Source: a bacterium | Lineage (GTDB): Bacteria; DRYD01 | NCBI GenBank assembly: GCA_039630415.1 | Contig: JBCNVB010000025.1 | Span: 87,673 to 151,672 of the forward strand | Length of the DNA stretch: 64,000 bases | Reading direction: 5' to 3' | In this document: piece after piece, positions 20,385 to 30,448 of the stretch | How the letters are laid out: each line of letters begins with the position of its first letter | Position numbering within the stretch: position 1 is the stretch's first letter | Program-made: the position numbers and the translations under genes | Notes under the pieces: model-generated | Database searches by the model: none | Seen by the model: only the letters and a program-made list of their open reading frames with translations | What the model was told of the DNA's origin: nothing

Positions 20385-23012
20385 ATGAGTAGAACCAGAG
20401 AATTCATAAACCAAATGCTAGGTTATAAGTACATAGATCTCAAGAAAGTACCTAATATTCAAACATTTCCATTCTCAATTAGAATCCTTCTTGAAAACAT
20501 TCTGAGAAATTATGATAACTTTAAAGTCAATGATGAACATGTTGACTTAATAATGAACTACAACTCAAAAGATGTTCCCGATAAGGAAATACCATTTTGT
20601 CCAAATAGGATACTAGCTCAAGATTTTACGGGAGTACCTTTGATAGTTGATCTGGCTTCTTTAAGATATGCTGTTACAAAGTACAACAAACCAGCTTCAA
20701 GTGTAAATCCCATAATTCCCATAGACTTGGTCATAGATCATTCTGTAGTAGTAGAGAGTTATGGTACTTCATTTGCGTTGTATAGAAATGTTGAGCTAGA
20801 GTATGAGCAAAACAGAGAGAGGTACGAGTTTTTAAAATGGGCACAAAAGAGTTTTAAAAAATTAAGGCTTATACCCCCATCAACAGGTATCTGCCATCAG
20901 ATAAATCTGGAGTATCTTTCTAGAGTAGTTTGGGAACAGGATGGGATGATATTCCCGGATACAGTTATAGGTACGGACTCACATACTCCGATGGTAAATG
21001 GTATAGGTGTGGTGGGATGGGGAGTTGGAGGTATTGAAGCTGAGGCTGTAGCTCTCGGACAACCACTATATTTTACCTTACCAAAAGTAATAGGTCTAAA
21101 GTTGAAAGGTAGTTTACCTGAAGGGGTAAATGCTACAGACCTAGTCCTAACAATAACTGAACTACTTAGAAAATATGGTGTGGTTGGAAAGTTCGTTGAA
21201 GTATTTGGTGAAGGATTAGATTGTTTAACGGTACCTGACAGAGCTACAATCTCTAACATGTCTCCCGAATTCGGCTCCACCATAACATACTTCCCAATTG
21301 ATCAGAAGACTATAGAGTACCTAAAACTAACTAATCGACCACCAGAATTAATAAAGCTAGTTGAAACATACGCAAAAGAAAATTTACTATGGAGAGAAGA
21401 TGAGGATAAAATAGTTTACACCGATGTAATAGAGTTGGACTTAAATAAAGTTACAACTTCATTGGCTGGTCCCAAAAGACCCCAAGACAGAATACCACTA
21501 TCAAACCTCAAAAAAGTTTTCGTAGATAGCTCTGCAAGTGTTTTGACAAAAGTTAAGGTGAATATAGGTCAGGAAGAGATAGAACTTAAGGATGGGGATG
21601 TTGTAATAGCTGCAATAACTAGCTGTACCAATACATCTAATCCATTTGTTATGTTAGCAGCAGGGCTATTAGCTAAGAAAGCTGTTCAACGAGGTTTGAG
21701 GGTTAAAAGGCATGTTAAAACTACTTTAGCACCGGGATCTAAGGTAGTAACCCGTTATCTTGAAAAAGCAGGACTATTACCTTATTTAGAAGCTCTGGGA
21801 TTTTTCGTATCTGGCTATGGCTGTACTACTTGTATAGGTAACTCAGGAAGCTTGCATCCTGAAATTTCCAAAGCAATAACCCAAAATAATTTGGTAGTAT
21901 CAGCAGTTCTTTCTGGTAACAGGAATTTTGAAGCCAGGATACATCCTCTGGTAAAAATGAACTTTTTAGCTTCTCCTCCAATGGTTGTAGCCTTTGCTAT
22001 AGCTGGGACCGTAAACATAGACTTACAAACTGAACCTATAGGTTATGACCCATTGGGACAACCAGTCTACCTTAAAGATATAACCCCTACTAACGAAGAA
22101 ATATATGAACTTATTGAGCAAGTTGTTAAATCGGAATATTTTAGCGAAATTTACCAAGATATTCTTGAGGGCGACCAAGAATGGAAAAGATTACCTGAGT
22201 ATGAAAGCGATCTTTATCCATTTGATCCCAAATCCACTTACATTAGGTTGGCTCCATTCTTTGAGGATGAATTTATGAATTCTAAACCAGAAGATATAAA
22301 GGGAGCAAGATTACTGTTGTTACTCGGAGATAGTGTAACGACAGATCACATATCTCCTGCTGGAAGTATAAAAGTTGACTCACCAGCTGGGAAATATCTA
22401 ATCCAGCAGGGTGTGGAAAGTAAAGATTTCAACTCATATGGTTCTAGAAGAGGAAATCATGAAGTAATGATTAGAGGAACATTTGCAAATGTTAGAATAA
22501 GAAATTACCTGGTGGATAAAGAAGGTGGGTATACGATAAAAGATGGTGAAATAAAGACAGTGTATGATGCATGTATGGAGTACAAAAAAGAAAACGCTCC
22601 TTTAATAGTAGTAGCGGGCAAAGAGTATGGATCTGGATCTTCTAGAGACTGGGCAGCTAAGGGTACTAGATTACTGGGAATAAAGGCCATCATAGCTCAA
22701 AGCTTTGAAAGAATCCATAGAAGTAATTTAGTTGGAATGGGTGTGCTCCCATTAGAATTCGTCTCATCTGAAGACTATAACTTCTTCCTAGAAGCAAAGC
22801 AACAACTACCATACTACTCGTTCAGTATCCTAGGAATTTCCGAAAATCTTTACCCCAAAAAGAAGCTTAAGGTTCAAATATTCGATAGTCAAGGCAAGAC
22901 CGTAAAAGAATTTGATGTTGTAATGAGGCTGGATTCTCAAGTTGAAATAGAGTACTACAAAAACGGAGGCATCTTACAATATGTTTTGAAAGAAAAATTT
23001 TTGAGGGATTAA
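20385..23012 (+). CDS. acnA: aconitate hydratase A
   Basis: QDFTGVP, DHSV, GTDSHT, ITSCTNTSNP, GYGCTTCIGNSG, SGNRNFE, GSGSSRDWAAKG; AGGAGG RBS. Confidence 0.97.
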   Translation: MSRTREFINQMLGYKYIDLKKVPNIQTFPFSIRILLENILRNYDNFKVNDEHVDLIMNYNSKDVPDKEIPFCPNRILAQDFTGVPLIVDLASLRYAVTKYNKPASSVNPIIPIDLVIDHSVVVESYGTSFALYRNVELEYEQNRERYEFLKWAQKSFKKLRLIPPSTGICHQINLEYLSRVVWEQDGMIFPDTVIGTDSHTPMVNGIGVVGWGVGGIEAEAVALGQPLYFTLPKVIGLKLKGSLPEGVNATDLVLTITELLRKYGVVGKFVEVFGEGLDCLTVPDRATISNMSPEFGSTITYFPIDQKTIEYLKLTNRPPELIKLVETYAKENLLWREDEDKIVYTDVIELDLNKVTTSLAGPKRPQDRIPLSNLKKVFVDSSASVLTKVKVNIGQEEIELKDGDVVIAAITSCTNTSNPFVMLAAGLLAKKAVQRGLRVKRHVKTTLAPGSKVVTRYLEKAGLLPYLEALGFFVSGYGCTTCIGNSGSLHPEISKAITQNNLVVSAVLSGNRNFEARIHPLVKMNFLASPPMVVAFAIAGTVNIDLQTEPIGYDPLGQPVYLKDITPTNEEIYELIEQVVKSEYFSEIYQDILEGDQEWKRLPEYESDLYPFDPKSTYIRLAPFFEDEFMNSKPEDIKGARLLLLLGDSVTTDHISPAGSIKVDSPAGKYLIQQGVESKDFNSYGSRRGNHEVMIRGTFANVRIRNYLVDKEGGYTIKDGEIKTVYDACMEYKKENAPLIVVAGKEYGSGSSRDWAAKGTRLLGIKAIIAQSFERIHRSNLVGMGVLPLEFVSSEDYNFFLEAKQQLPYYSFSILGISENLYPKKKLKVQIFDSQGKTVKEFDVVMRLDSQVEIEYYKNGGILQYVLKEKFLRD

Positions 23013-23070
23013 AAGCTGCACCTGCCGGAAAGGGTGCTATATAAATACTTCTGGCAAATACCAAACAATT

Positions 23071-23334
23071 ATGGAAGAAAAAATAGATAAAGACCTAGTC
23101 GACCAAATGAATAAGGAAGAAAATCAGTTGATAAGGGTAATAATACAAACGTATGACGGATGCAAAGAAGAAGAGGATAGAAAAATGGTAAAATCAGTTG
23201 GTGGAGAGTATTTGTTTGATTTACCAATAATAGGAGGTTTTGCAGCGAAATTACCCAAAACAGGTATAAAGTTACTGGCGTTAAATAAGAGGGTGAAGAA
23301 AATATTTTACGATAAACCAATAAGTTTGAAATAG
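23071..23334 (+). CDS. stand-alone subtilisin-propeptide / peptidase inhibitor I9-like protein
   Basis: 87 aa; RVIIQ...GG....DLPIIGGFAAKLP..GIKLLA.NKRVKKIFYD matches the subtilase prodomain pattern. Confidence 0.7.
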   Translation: MEEKIDKDLVDQMNKEENQLIRVIIQTYDGCKEEEDRKMVKSVGGEYLFDLPIIGGFAAKLPKTGIKLLALNKRVKKIFYDKPISLK

Positions 23335-24453
23335 ATGAAGGTAGGGATAGTATCGAATAGTCCTGGAGAGGTTTTAGGTTGGGCAGTTCCTGCTTCCTCA
23401 ATTCTCAAAAAACTTGGATTCACTATAGATTTATACCTAACACCCTGCATGTTTGCTACCAACAAAGAATACGAAGTAGCTCTGCAACACGGCCACTTTG
23501 ACAAAATCTATAAACCCAAACAAACACTTTTCGAAATCTTGCTACCTCAAAAAAGATACGATCTCTTTTTCCACATGGGAGGCGATATATGGTATTCTAC
23601 CAAGTTCAAAACTTCCAAACTGTATTCATACGGCTGGGGAACAAAAAGGTTAGATAAATTTTTCTGTTTATACCTTGTTCCAAATCAATACTACTACAGA
23701 AAACTAACTGAACGTGGTATACCATCAAGTAAAATAGTAAAAATAAAAGATCTTGCCTTTGAGAAGCTCAAAAGGAAGCAGTATGATCCGAACTCCAAGT
23801 TGATAGGATTTATGTTGGGTAGTAGAGAAGTCGAATTCTGGAATTTACTAGAAATTTACCTTCAAACAATTGCTTTAATGCCCAAGGACTATGAATACAT
23901 ATTTTTTGTTTCCCCTTTTATTTATCAAGATGATAGTTTTGAACAAAAACTTCAAGGCATAATGAAAATGTATGAGGGTTATCGAGTGAAGTTTTTGGTA
24001 AACGAAGTTGAAAAGTATGAAGTTATGTCGAAATTGAGATTAATGGTAACTATTCCTGGTACTAAAACGAATGAAGCTGGTTTTTTGGGTATTCCTCAGT
24101 TGGTGATACTACCTTTGCAAAAACCTGAGCATATTCCGGTATGGGGTATAGTGGGTTGGCTAGATTTTCTTGGAAGTTTTGGAAAAAAAATAAAAAGCTA
24201 TTTTGTAATCAAATACGCTGAAAAAAATCTACTAAACAAAAAAAGGTACATAGCTATGCCAAATATGGTTTCAAACTCTGAAATTGTTCCCGAAATGATC
24301 GATAAAATAACTCCTGAAAAACTTTGTCAAGTCTTACTTAGTATGGTAGAAAATAGTGAATTGTTAAGTAGAATATCTAATGATCTAGTAAGAGTTTATG
24401 ATGAGTGGGAATATGAAGCTATCTCTTTTCATGATTTTGTACGTAGGATATGA
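23335..24453 (+). CDS. lipid-A-disaccharide synthase (LpxB)-related GT-B protein
   Basis: SNSPGE N-terminus, GSR..E, TIPGTKTNE, IAMPN...IVPEM. Confidence 0.75.
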   Translation: MKVGIVSNSPGEVLGWAVPASSILKKLGFTIDLYLTPCMFATNKEYEVALQHGHFDKIYKPKQTLFEILLPQKRYDLFFHMGGDIWYSTKFKTSKLYSYGWGTKRLDKFFCLYLVPNQYYYRKLTERGIPSSKIVKIKDLAFEKLKRKQYDPNSKLIGFMLGSREVEFWNLLEIYLQTIALMPKDYEYIFFVSPFIYQDDSFEQKLQGIMKMYEGYRVKFLVNEVEKYEVMSKLRLMVTIPGTKTNEAGFLGIPQLVILPLQKPEHIPVWGIVGWLDFLGSFGKKIKSYFVIKYAEKNLLNKKRYIAMPNMVSNSEIVPEMIDKITPEKLCQVLLSMVENSELLSRISNDLVRVYDEWEYEAISFHDFVRRI

Positions 24454-24487
24454 TTTTGAGGAAATTATGTAAAAAGAGGAGGGGAAT

Positions 24488-24913
24488 ATGATAAGGGGCG
24501 TTGCTTTTATATGTGTTGGTAATTCTGCAAGAAGTCAAATAGCAGAAGCAATAGCAAAGAAAATAGCTAAAGAAAAAGGATTAAATATTAAGGTTTACTC
24601 TGCAGGGATACAACCTTCTGGATTTATTAATTCTATGGCAATAAGAATTTTAGAAGAGGATAATATTCCGATAGAGGATCAGTATTCAAAAGGTATGGAT
24701 CAAATTCCCATAAATGACATAGATTTAGTTATCTTTGTATGTGAAGAAAGTTATTGTCCTTCGACAGATGAAGTTTTCAAAGGTAAGAAAATACTGCATT
24801 GGTATTTACCTGATCCATTTTCTTACGAACAATTCTACTTTATAAGGGAAAGTCTAAAGTCAAGGATAAATGATCTGTTTGAAAGACTAGATGCAAAGGA
24901 TATCCAAATCTGA
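24488..24913 (+). CDS. arsC: arsenate reductase / LMW protein-tyrosine-phosphatase family
   Basis: CVGNSARSQIAE P-loop (CX5R), SAG, C....CP redox pair, W..PDP. Confidence 0.8.
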   Translation: MIRGVAFICVGNSARSQIAEAIAKKIAKEKGLNIKVYSAGIQPSGFINSMAIRILEEDNIPIEDQYSKGMDQIPINDIDLVIFVCEESYCPSTDEVFKGKKILHWYLPDPFSYEQFYFIRESLKSRINDLFERLDAKDIQI

Positions 24914-25012
24914 AGAACCAAATTATTAGAGGGGTATCGTTATTGCAAGATAAAATTTGCTAAATCAGCAAAATTAATGGGGTTACCTCTGCAAGGAGGA
25001 GGTGACGCCGTA

Positions 25013-28000
25013 ATGAATTCAAAAGGTTTATCATTATTGGAACTGATAGTGGGTGTATTGATAATAACGTTGATGTTTGCTATATCAGTACAGCTGTTTT
25101 ATACTTTTATCAGCATCCAATATTTGATAGATTCAAGGATACATCAACATATAGAACAGTGTTTTTTGAATTGAAGAAAGCGATAAAAGAAGCGAATGAG
25201 GTGAAGAATATATACAATTTAGCAACTGTAAGTGCGATATACTTGCAGGTAAGAAATAGAATATATGGTTATAGGTTAAGAAGGGACTTACCTATATTAC
25301 AAAGAAGGTTAGAGAAATCGGTAGATGGTGGATATGCATGGTATTTTATACCCAATACGGAAAATATAGAGGACATAAGATTTATTGCCTCTATTCCATA
25401 TTCACAATCGAAAGCTGTATTTGTGAATATCAAAATGGGATATTCAAAAGCAAGATTTACAAATACTCATAATTTTGTAGCTTTACTGAGATCTAAGTAT
25501 TATTCTGAGTCTTCTCAAAATTATGCTATTGCAGCTACAATACGTACAGTAATCCAGGACGGTAATAACCGCTATTTCAGAGATCATCTGCAGGTTATTT
25601 TCTCACGTAATCTAGATAATCTTCCCAATCCTATAGTTTATTCTTTATTTCGTGTTGTTCCTGATTATAATGTATTTTACAAAACAATAGATTCATTTAT
25701 CAATTCATACAATCTGATTTTTACTATTAGTCCTTACAATCCTCCCTCAGGTTATGATACATATATGAATATAGCAAAAATAACAAGGCAAAGTATTTAT
25801 TCTCCGATGAGTTATGAAATGGTTACGTCTATGTCAAGTTATGATCCTACTTATCATTTAGGGAGAAGTCCTTATTTAAATGCTGAAGAGGAAGCAGATG
25901 CCATCAAAGCTATAGTAGTTGGTAATTACATATACACTGTGTATTCGACAATGGAAATAATATATACCCCCTCGGCAAATTCTTCAAGTAGTACGCATCA
26001 TTATTCTATATATTTAGCATATAAGAAGCATATTCCAAATTACTGGAATACGAATATCTCTACTCCTTGGGTGAAGAGAAAGATATTTAGTATAGCTGTT
26101 CCAGAATATACAGGTAACCTGCCAATACCGATTATGAGATCAGTAAGAATGGTATATGGTCAAGTGGGGAGTAACAGATTCCATGTGACATTTATTTTGG
26201 AAAGATTAATCGGGGCTGGAACTGCGGTTTCTAGAAGGGATATATACTATTTAGCTAGTCCAGATGGAGTAAACTGGAGTGTGGTAAACATAGATGATAG
26301 TTTGGGGCAAGATAATATATACCCTTTAGATGTAATACCTCTGTTTGGTGATTTAAATGGGACTACAAACAAGCTACATATGGTTTACATAAATGCGACT
26401 AATCCGAGTGATTTAATGAATAGCTCACTTGAGCTGGCTTATACTTCTACGTCAAACGGTGTGGCATTTGTTGCACCTCAAATATGGAACACATGGTCTC
26501 AGAATCCGCCACTTTATAGAAATTTCATTGCTACCTCGATTCAAATGAGGGGCTATGCGGATATGGAGGCTTTTATACATAACGGACAGATACATGTGGT
26601 TATAGTTAATAGACATGTTCAGTTTGTATTACATATTGCGGGGACGAATATTATTAGGACGATTTATGCAAATCTAGTGTACCTGGTTAAAGGGAATTTT
26701 AATCAATCAGCAATATTTAATGCTTATCTTCATCCACAGTATGGCTTACCAGGACCAGCAAAGTTTTTCAAAAGTGTAGCCTTGTGTGTGCTAGATCAAC
26801 AAAATACGACGTATGTTCATATTTTCATGGCTGATGTAGATAGAGGCTTGTATTACATACGGGATACTGCTAACGGTATAATAGTTTCTGATTTGAATAG
26901 CCCTAGCTACGGAGGAATAACTATAATGCATTCGGATAGATATATAGGCAGCCTAGATTGTGCCTTTAAGAATGAATATATACATGTGTCCTACATAATG
27001 ACAAATCCACCACTTATAGATTCTAATGGTAATCGTTATTTTGAGATGTATAACCCAAATAACCTAATTAAACTTGGCTATACTAGAATAAGAACTAGTA
27101 ATCAAGTATTTGTAGATTTGGAGATTAGTAGTTATTTTGCTAATACGAATGGAAGTATACATGGTGATGGTGTAAGAATGCAAGATTTCCTTCGTCTTGG
27201 TTCAGTTTATCTTAATACTCTTAGGCAGTGCTTAGTTTTAACTGATTATCTTCACATTATTGCAATAAAAAGAGCATTTTACACTTATAATGGAGCACCT
27301 GTACATGTAGGCCATCCTTTTGTAGAAGTGATACATATAAATCCTTTCTCTGAACCCCTGAATACTATGGGATCTTTTGATGCTAAAAATATTCATCCTG
27401 TGGATTCCAACAGACTTTTACACATTAACGGTTGTGATGCAAATGCTGTAACATATGTTGATACATATAGGGGTAATATAAAGGTAATACTCCCCAATCG
27501 TTCAGAAACACAGGTTATACCATATTCTACTGGTGTAGAAGCTAGTGACATAAAGGTAGTAAATGAATACATATACGTAGCATATGCAGAGGCAGTAAGA
27601 GGAAGAGGGGATGTTGTGAGGTTAGCAATAAGTAGGGATAAAGGTGAAAGTTGGTCTATACTAGACTTCAATGCTCCACGGTTTGGAATGGTACTACCGT
27701 CGCGTCAAGAAATTAGAGAAATAGCAATGGAGGTGAAAGAAAACCTAATTAACATAGTGTATTCTTCGGCTGATTCACTTTCATATACCTACCTAATAAA
27801 GAGAGTAAAACATGGTCCGGGTCAATCATTTAGTGAGGCTTATATACCAGTTACAAATTTCGAAGCAGAACGTATAAAAACTCAACTGGATAATCAAAAC
27901 AGATTGCATATTTTGGGGCGCTCAGAATACCGTATTCATGGATTTTTCTACGTAATTTTTGATAACAATACTAACACATTTGTTGATAATGGTTTAGGAG

Positions 28001-28263
28001 GTTTAACGTTAACATCTTTACCACAATATTCACAAATGTTTAGTAGAATTGGACCTGAAGCGGATATATTTGTAGAACCAAATGGAGATGTTGTGATAGT
28101 AGCAGAAACATGGAATCCACATAATAGGACGGAGGTGTATTTGTTCAAAAGGAGTCAGGGTATGTGGTTACCTCCAGTAAGAGTACCTTTTGGACCCGTG
28201 CAATTCCAACCAGGATTAGTTGAAGGAATGAATGTAAGGGCATTAAAGATAAACAGATTCTAG
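25013..28263 (+). pseudogene. giant prepilin-propeller protein, copy 1, split by a 1-nt deletion near 25087 (or a sequencing error)
   Basis: ATG 25013 after GGAGGAGGTG; MNSKG|LSLLELIVGV prepilin motif; shifting frame at TCA-GT-ACA restores TAVLYFYQHP..YRTVFFEL as in the paralogs; continues into the 1034-aa ORF ending LKINRF. Confidence 0.85.
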
Positions 28264-28298
28264 AGTATTCTCGAAAGTAAGATATATAAGATGAACTC

Positions 28299-29087
28299 AT
28301 GTTAAGTATATCCATAATATTGCCAGTTTTTAATGCACAAAATTTCATACAACACACTCTAGAACAAATAGTATCTCTTTTACGAAGTAAATCTGATGTC
28401 GACAAGGTGCAAATAATATTGGTCAATGATGGAAGCCAAGATCAAACGCTACATGTTATGAATGAATTTATTCAGAAAAATTTTTATGACTCCAAGTTTT
28501 CATTCAATATGATATCCTACTCTAAGAATAGAAACATAGGATATGCATTACGAAGAGGAATACAAATAGCTAAAAACGATATCATATTTATGGTTGATTG
28601 TGATTTGCCTTTTGGAATTGAGGTGATTTCAGATTCACTTCAGTTTATAAAGGATTATGACCTTATATCTGTTGATAGAACTAAGAGAAAGGATTCCTAT
28701 ATAGTTCCATTGCATAGAGCTATTCTTCATGTAGGCCTTATTAAAGTGATAAAATTAATGTTTGGGAATGCGGTTGAGGGACTGGATGATTTTGTAGTTG
28801 GATTCAAGGTTATAAAAAAACATCTACTTGAAAAAATACAGGATTATCTGTCTTCTGATACTTCTTTGTTTCATTTTGAAATTCTGCTCTTTACCAAATT
28901 AATCAATAGCTATGAAAAAAAGTACAAAATGTTTTTTTTATACCCTAAATACAACCCAAAAGCAAATCATTACTCAACCTTCACTCCTTTAAGAATTGTA
29001 CGATACGTATTCAAGGTACTTATTGAATTGATTAAAATAAGGCTCAAGTTAGCAAAAATTATGAGAGAATACAACAAAAAACTATGA
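28299..29087 (+). CDS. glycosyltransferase family 2 (DPM1-like)
   Basis: SIILPVFN, VNDGSQD, NIGYALRRG, DCD (DXD), GFK. Confidence 0.88.
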   Translation: MLSISIILPVFNAQNFIQHTLEQIVSLLRSKSDVDKVQIILVNDGSQDQTLHVMNEFIQKNFYDSKFSFNMISYSKNRNIGYALRRGIQIAKNDIIFMVDCDLPFGIEVISDSLQFIKDYDLISVDRTKRKDSYIVPLHRAILHVGLIKVIKLMFGNAVEGLDDFVVGFKVIKKHLLEKIQDYLSSDTSLFHFEILLFTKLINSYEKKYKMFFLYPKYNPKANHYSTFTPLRIVRYVFKVLIELIKIRLKLAKIMREYNKKL

Positions 29088-30373
29088 GTAAAGAAATACA
29101 ATTAGAGTTTGAGGAGATTGACATAGATGGAAGTTCTATTTCGTACCATAATTCTAGGTTAATAAAGTGCTTTGGAGTTTTACCAACTGAAAAAGCTATT
29201 GTTAAGCCAATAAAAAAGCAAAGAAACTTTATAGAGTGTATTCCATTAGAAATAATATCCAAATCAGCGTATAGAGTAGATTATATCGAAGACCATTTCC
29301 TATCTTGCTCTCCGTGGCAAATAGCAAAATATGAATACCAAATAGATATGAAAAGGAGTATACTAAGAAAAATTTTTGGTTTCGATATTGAACTTTTGCC
29401 TTGTTCAAAGATTACTGGATACAGGACAAAAATGGAGTATTGCATATACTTGGATGGAATTGCTTATTTAGGGCTTTACAGAAGAGGAACTCATAAAGCT
29501 AAGTGGAAACTCGAAAAAGGATGCGTTTTAGCTCCTTCAAACCTTAACTCTTTTGCTTTGGATATAATCTCTAGAATGAATGATTTATCAAACTATACCA
29601 AACTTTCTTCTATCAAAGGAATAGCAGTTAGACAAAGCTATTCATCTATGCAAAGTATTAATTTAATTTGCTCAATATTTGTATCAGAATATATTGATCC
29701 ATCAAGTCTTAGGATACTATATCAAAACTTACAGGATTTAGTAGATTTTGACAAGGGTATATTCTTGTTTTATTCAAATCCTAAAACTCCAGCTTACACG
29801 TTTGATGAATGCTTGTTTCATATGGGTTTAGATAGGCTTGAACAAAAGATACATGAATTAAAGATTGTTTATGGCCCCAAATGTTTCTTTCAAAATAACG
29901 TGGAAATGTTTGAGAAAGTGATATTAGATATGATGGAGTTTGTTAATGGACAAAGTTTGGTAGATTTATATTGTGGAGTGGGTGTTATAGGATTAGCACT
30001 ATCAAAAAAAGCAGAAAAAGTTTTAGGTGTGGAAATAGTTCAAGAAGCCGCAGAATTTGCAAAATTGAACTCGCAAATAAATCAAATACACAACTTCAAT
30101 ATCGTTAATATTCCTGTTGAAAATATTGATGAATCCTACCTTAAGCCTATAGTAGTTGTAGATCCTCCGAGAAATGGTTTACACCCAAGGGTTATAAAAG
30201 CTCTTTTGAAGTATAAACCGGAAAGGATAATATATCTTTCTTGTAATCCTGTAACACAAGCTAGAGACTATAAAATCCTCAAGGATTATTATGATCTGGA
30301 ATTTTTCAGAGGCTATGATTTTTATCCCAATACACCTCATGTAGAAAGTTTATTGGTACTCAAGGGAAATTAA
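29084..30373 (+). CDS. RNA (uracil-C5)-methyltransferase, RlmD/TrmA family
   Basis: FFQNN, DLYCGVG, VDPPRNG, YLSCNP.TQARD, DFYPNTPHVE. Confidence 0.92.
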   Translation: MSKEIQLEFEEIDIDGSSISYHNSRLIKCFGVLPTEKAIVKPIKKQRNFIECIPLEIISKSAYRVDYIEDHFLSCSPWQIAKYEYQIDMKRSILRKIFGFDIELLPCSKITGYRTKMEYCIYLDGIAYLGLYRRGTHKAKWKLEKGCVLAPSNLNSFALDIISRMNDLSNYTKLSSIKGIAVRQSYSSMQSINLICSIFVSEYIDPSSLRILYQNLQDLVDFDKGIFLFYSNPKTPAYTFDECLFHMGLDRLEQKIHELKIVYGPKCFFQNNVEMFEKVILDMMEFVNGQSLVDLYCGVGVIGLALSKKAEKVLGVEIVQEAAEFAKLNSQINQIHNFNIVNIPVENIDESYLKPIVVVDPPRNGLHPRVIKALLKYKPERIIYLSCNPVTQARDYKILKDYYDLEFFRGYDFYPNTPHVESLLVLKGN

Positions 30374-30448
30374 GACTGGAAAGACTAAATTAATAGGGGG
30401 ATCCAAGCTATCAAATCATTGAAAATATCCCTAAGAGAGGTGTTAAGC

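Noticed and set aside
24961-25012. c-di-GMP-I riboswitch upstream of giant pilin copy 1 (GGGGTTACC resemblance)
   Set aside because: The GGCAAA, GNRA-capped P2 and ACGCAAA core elements are absent
24977-25174. Independent 65-aa small pilin
   Set aside because: Its 3' half matches the paralogs only in the shifted frame, so it is the N-terminus of the frameshifted long gene
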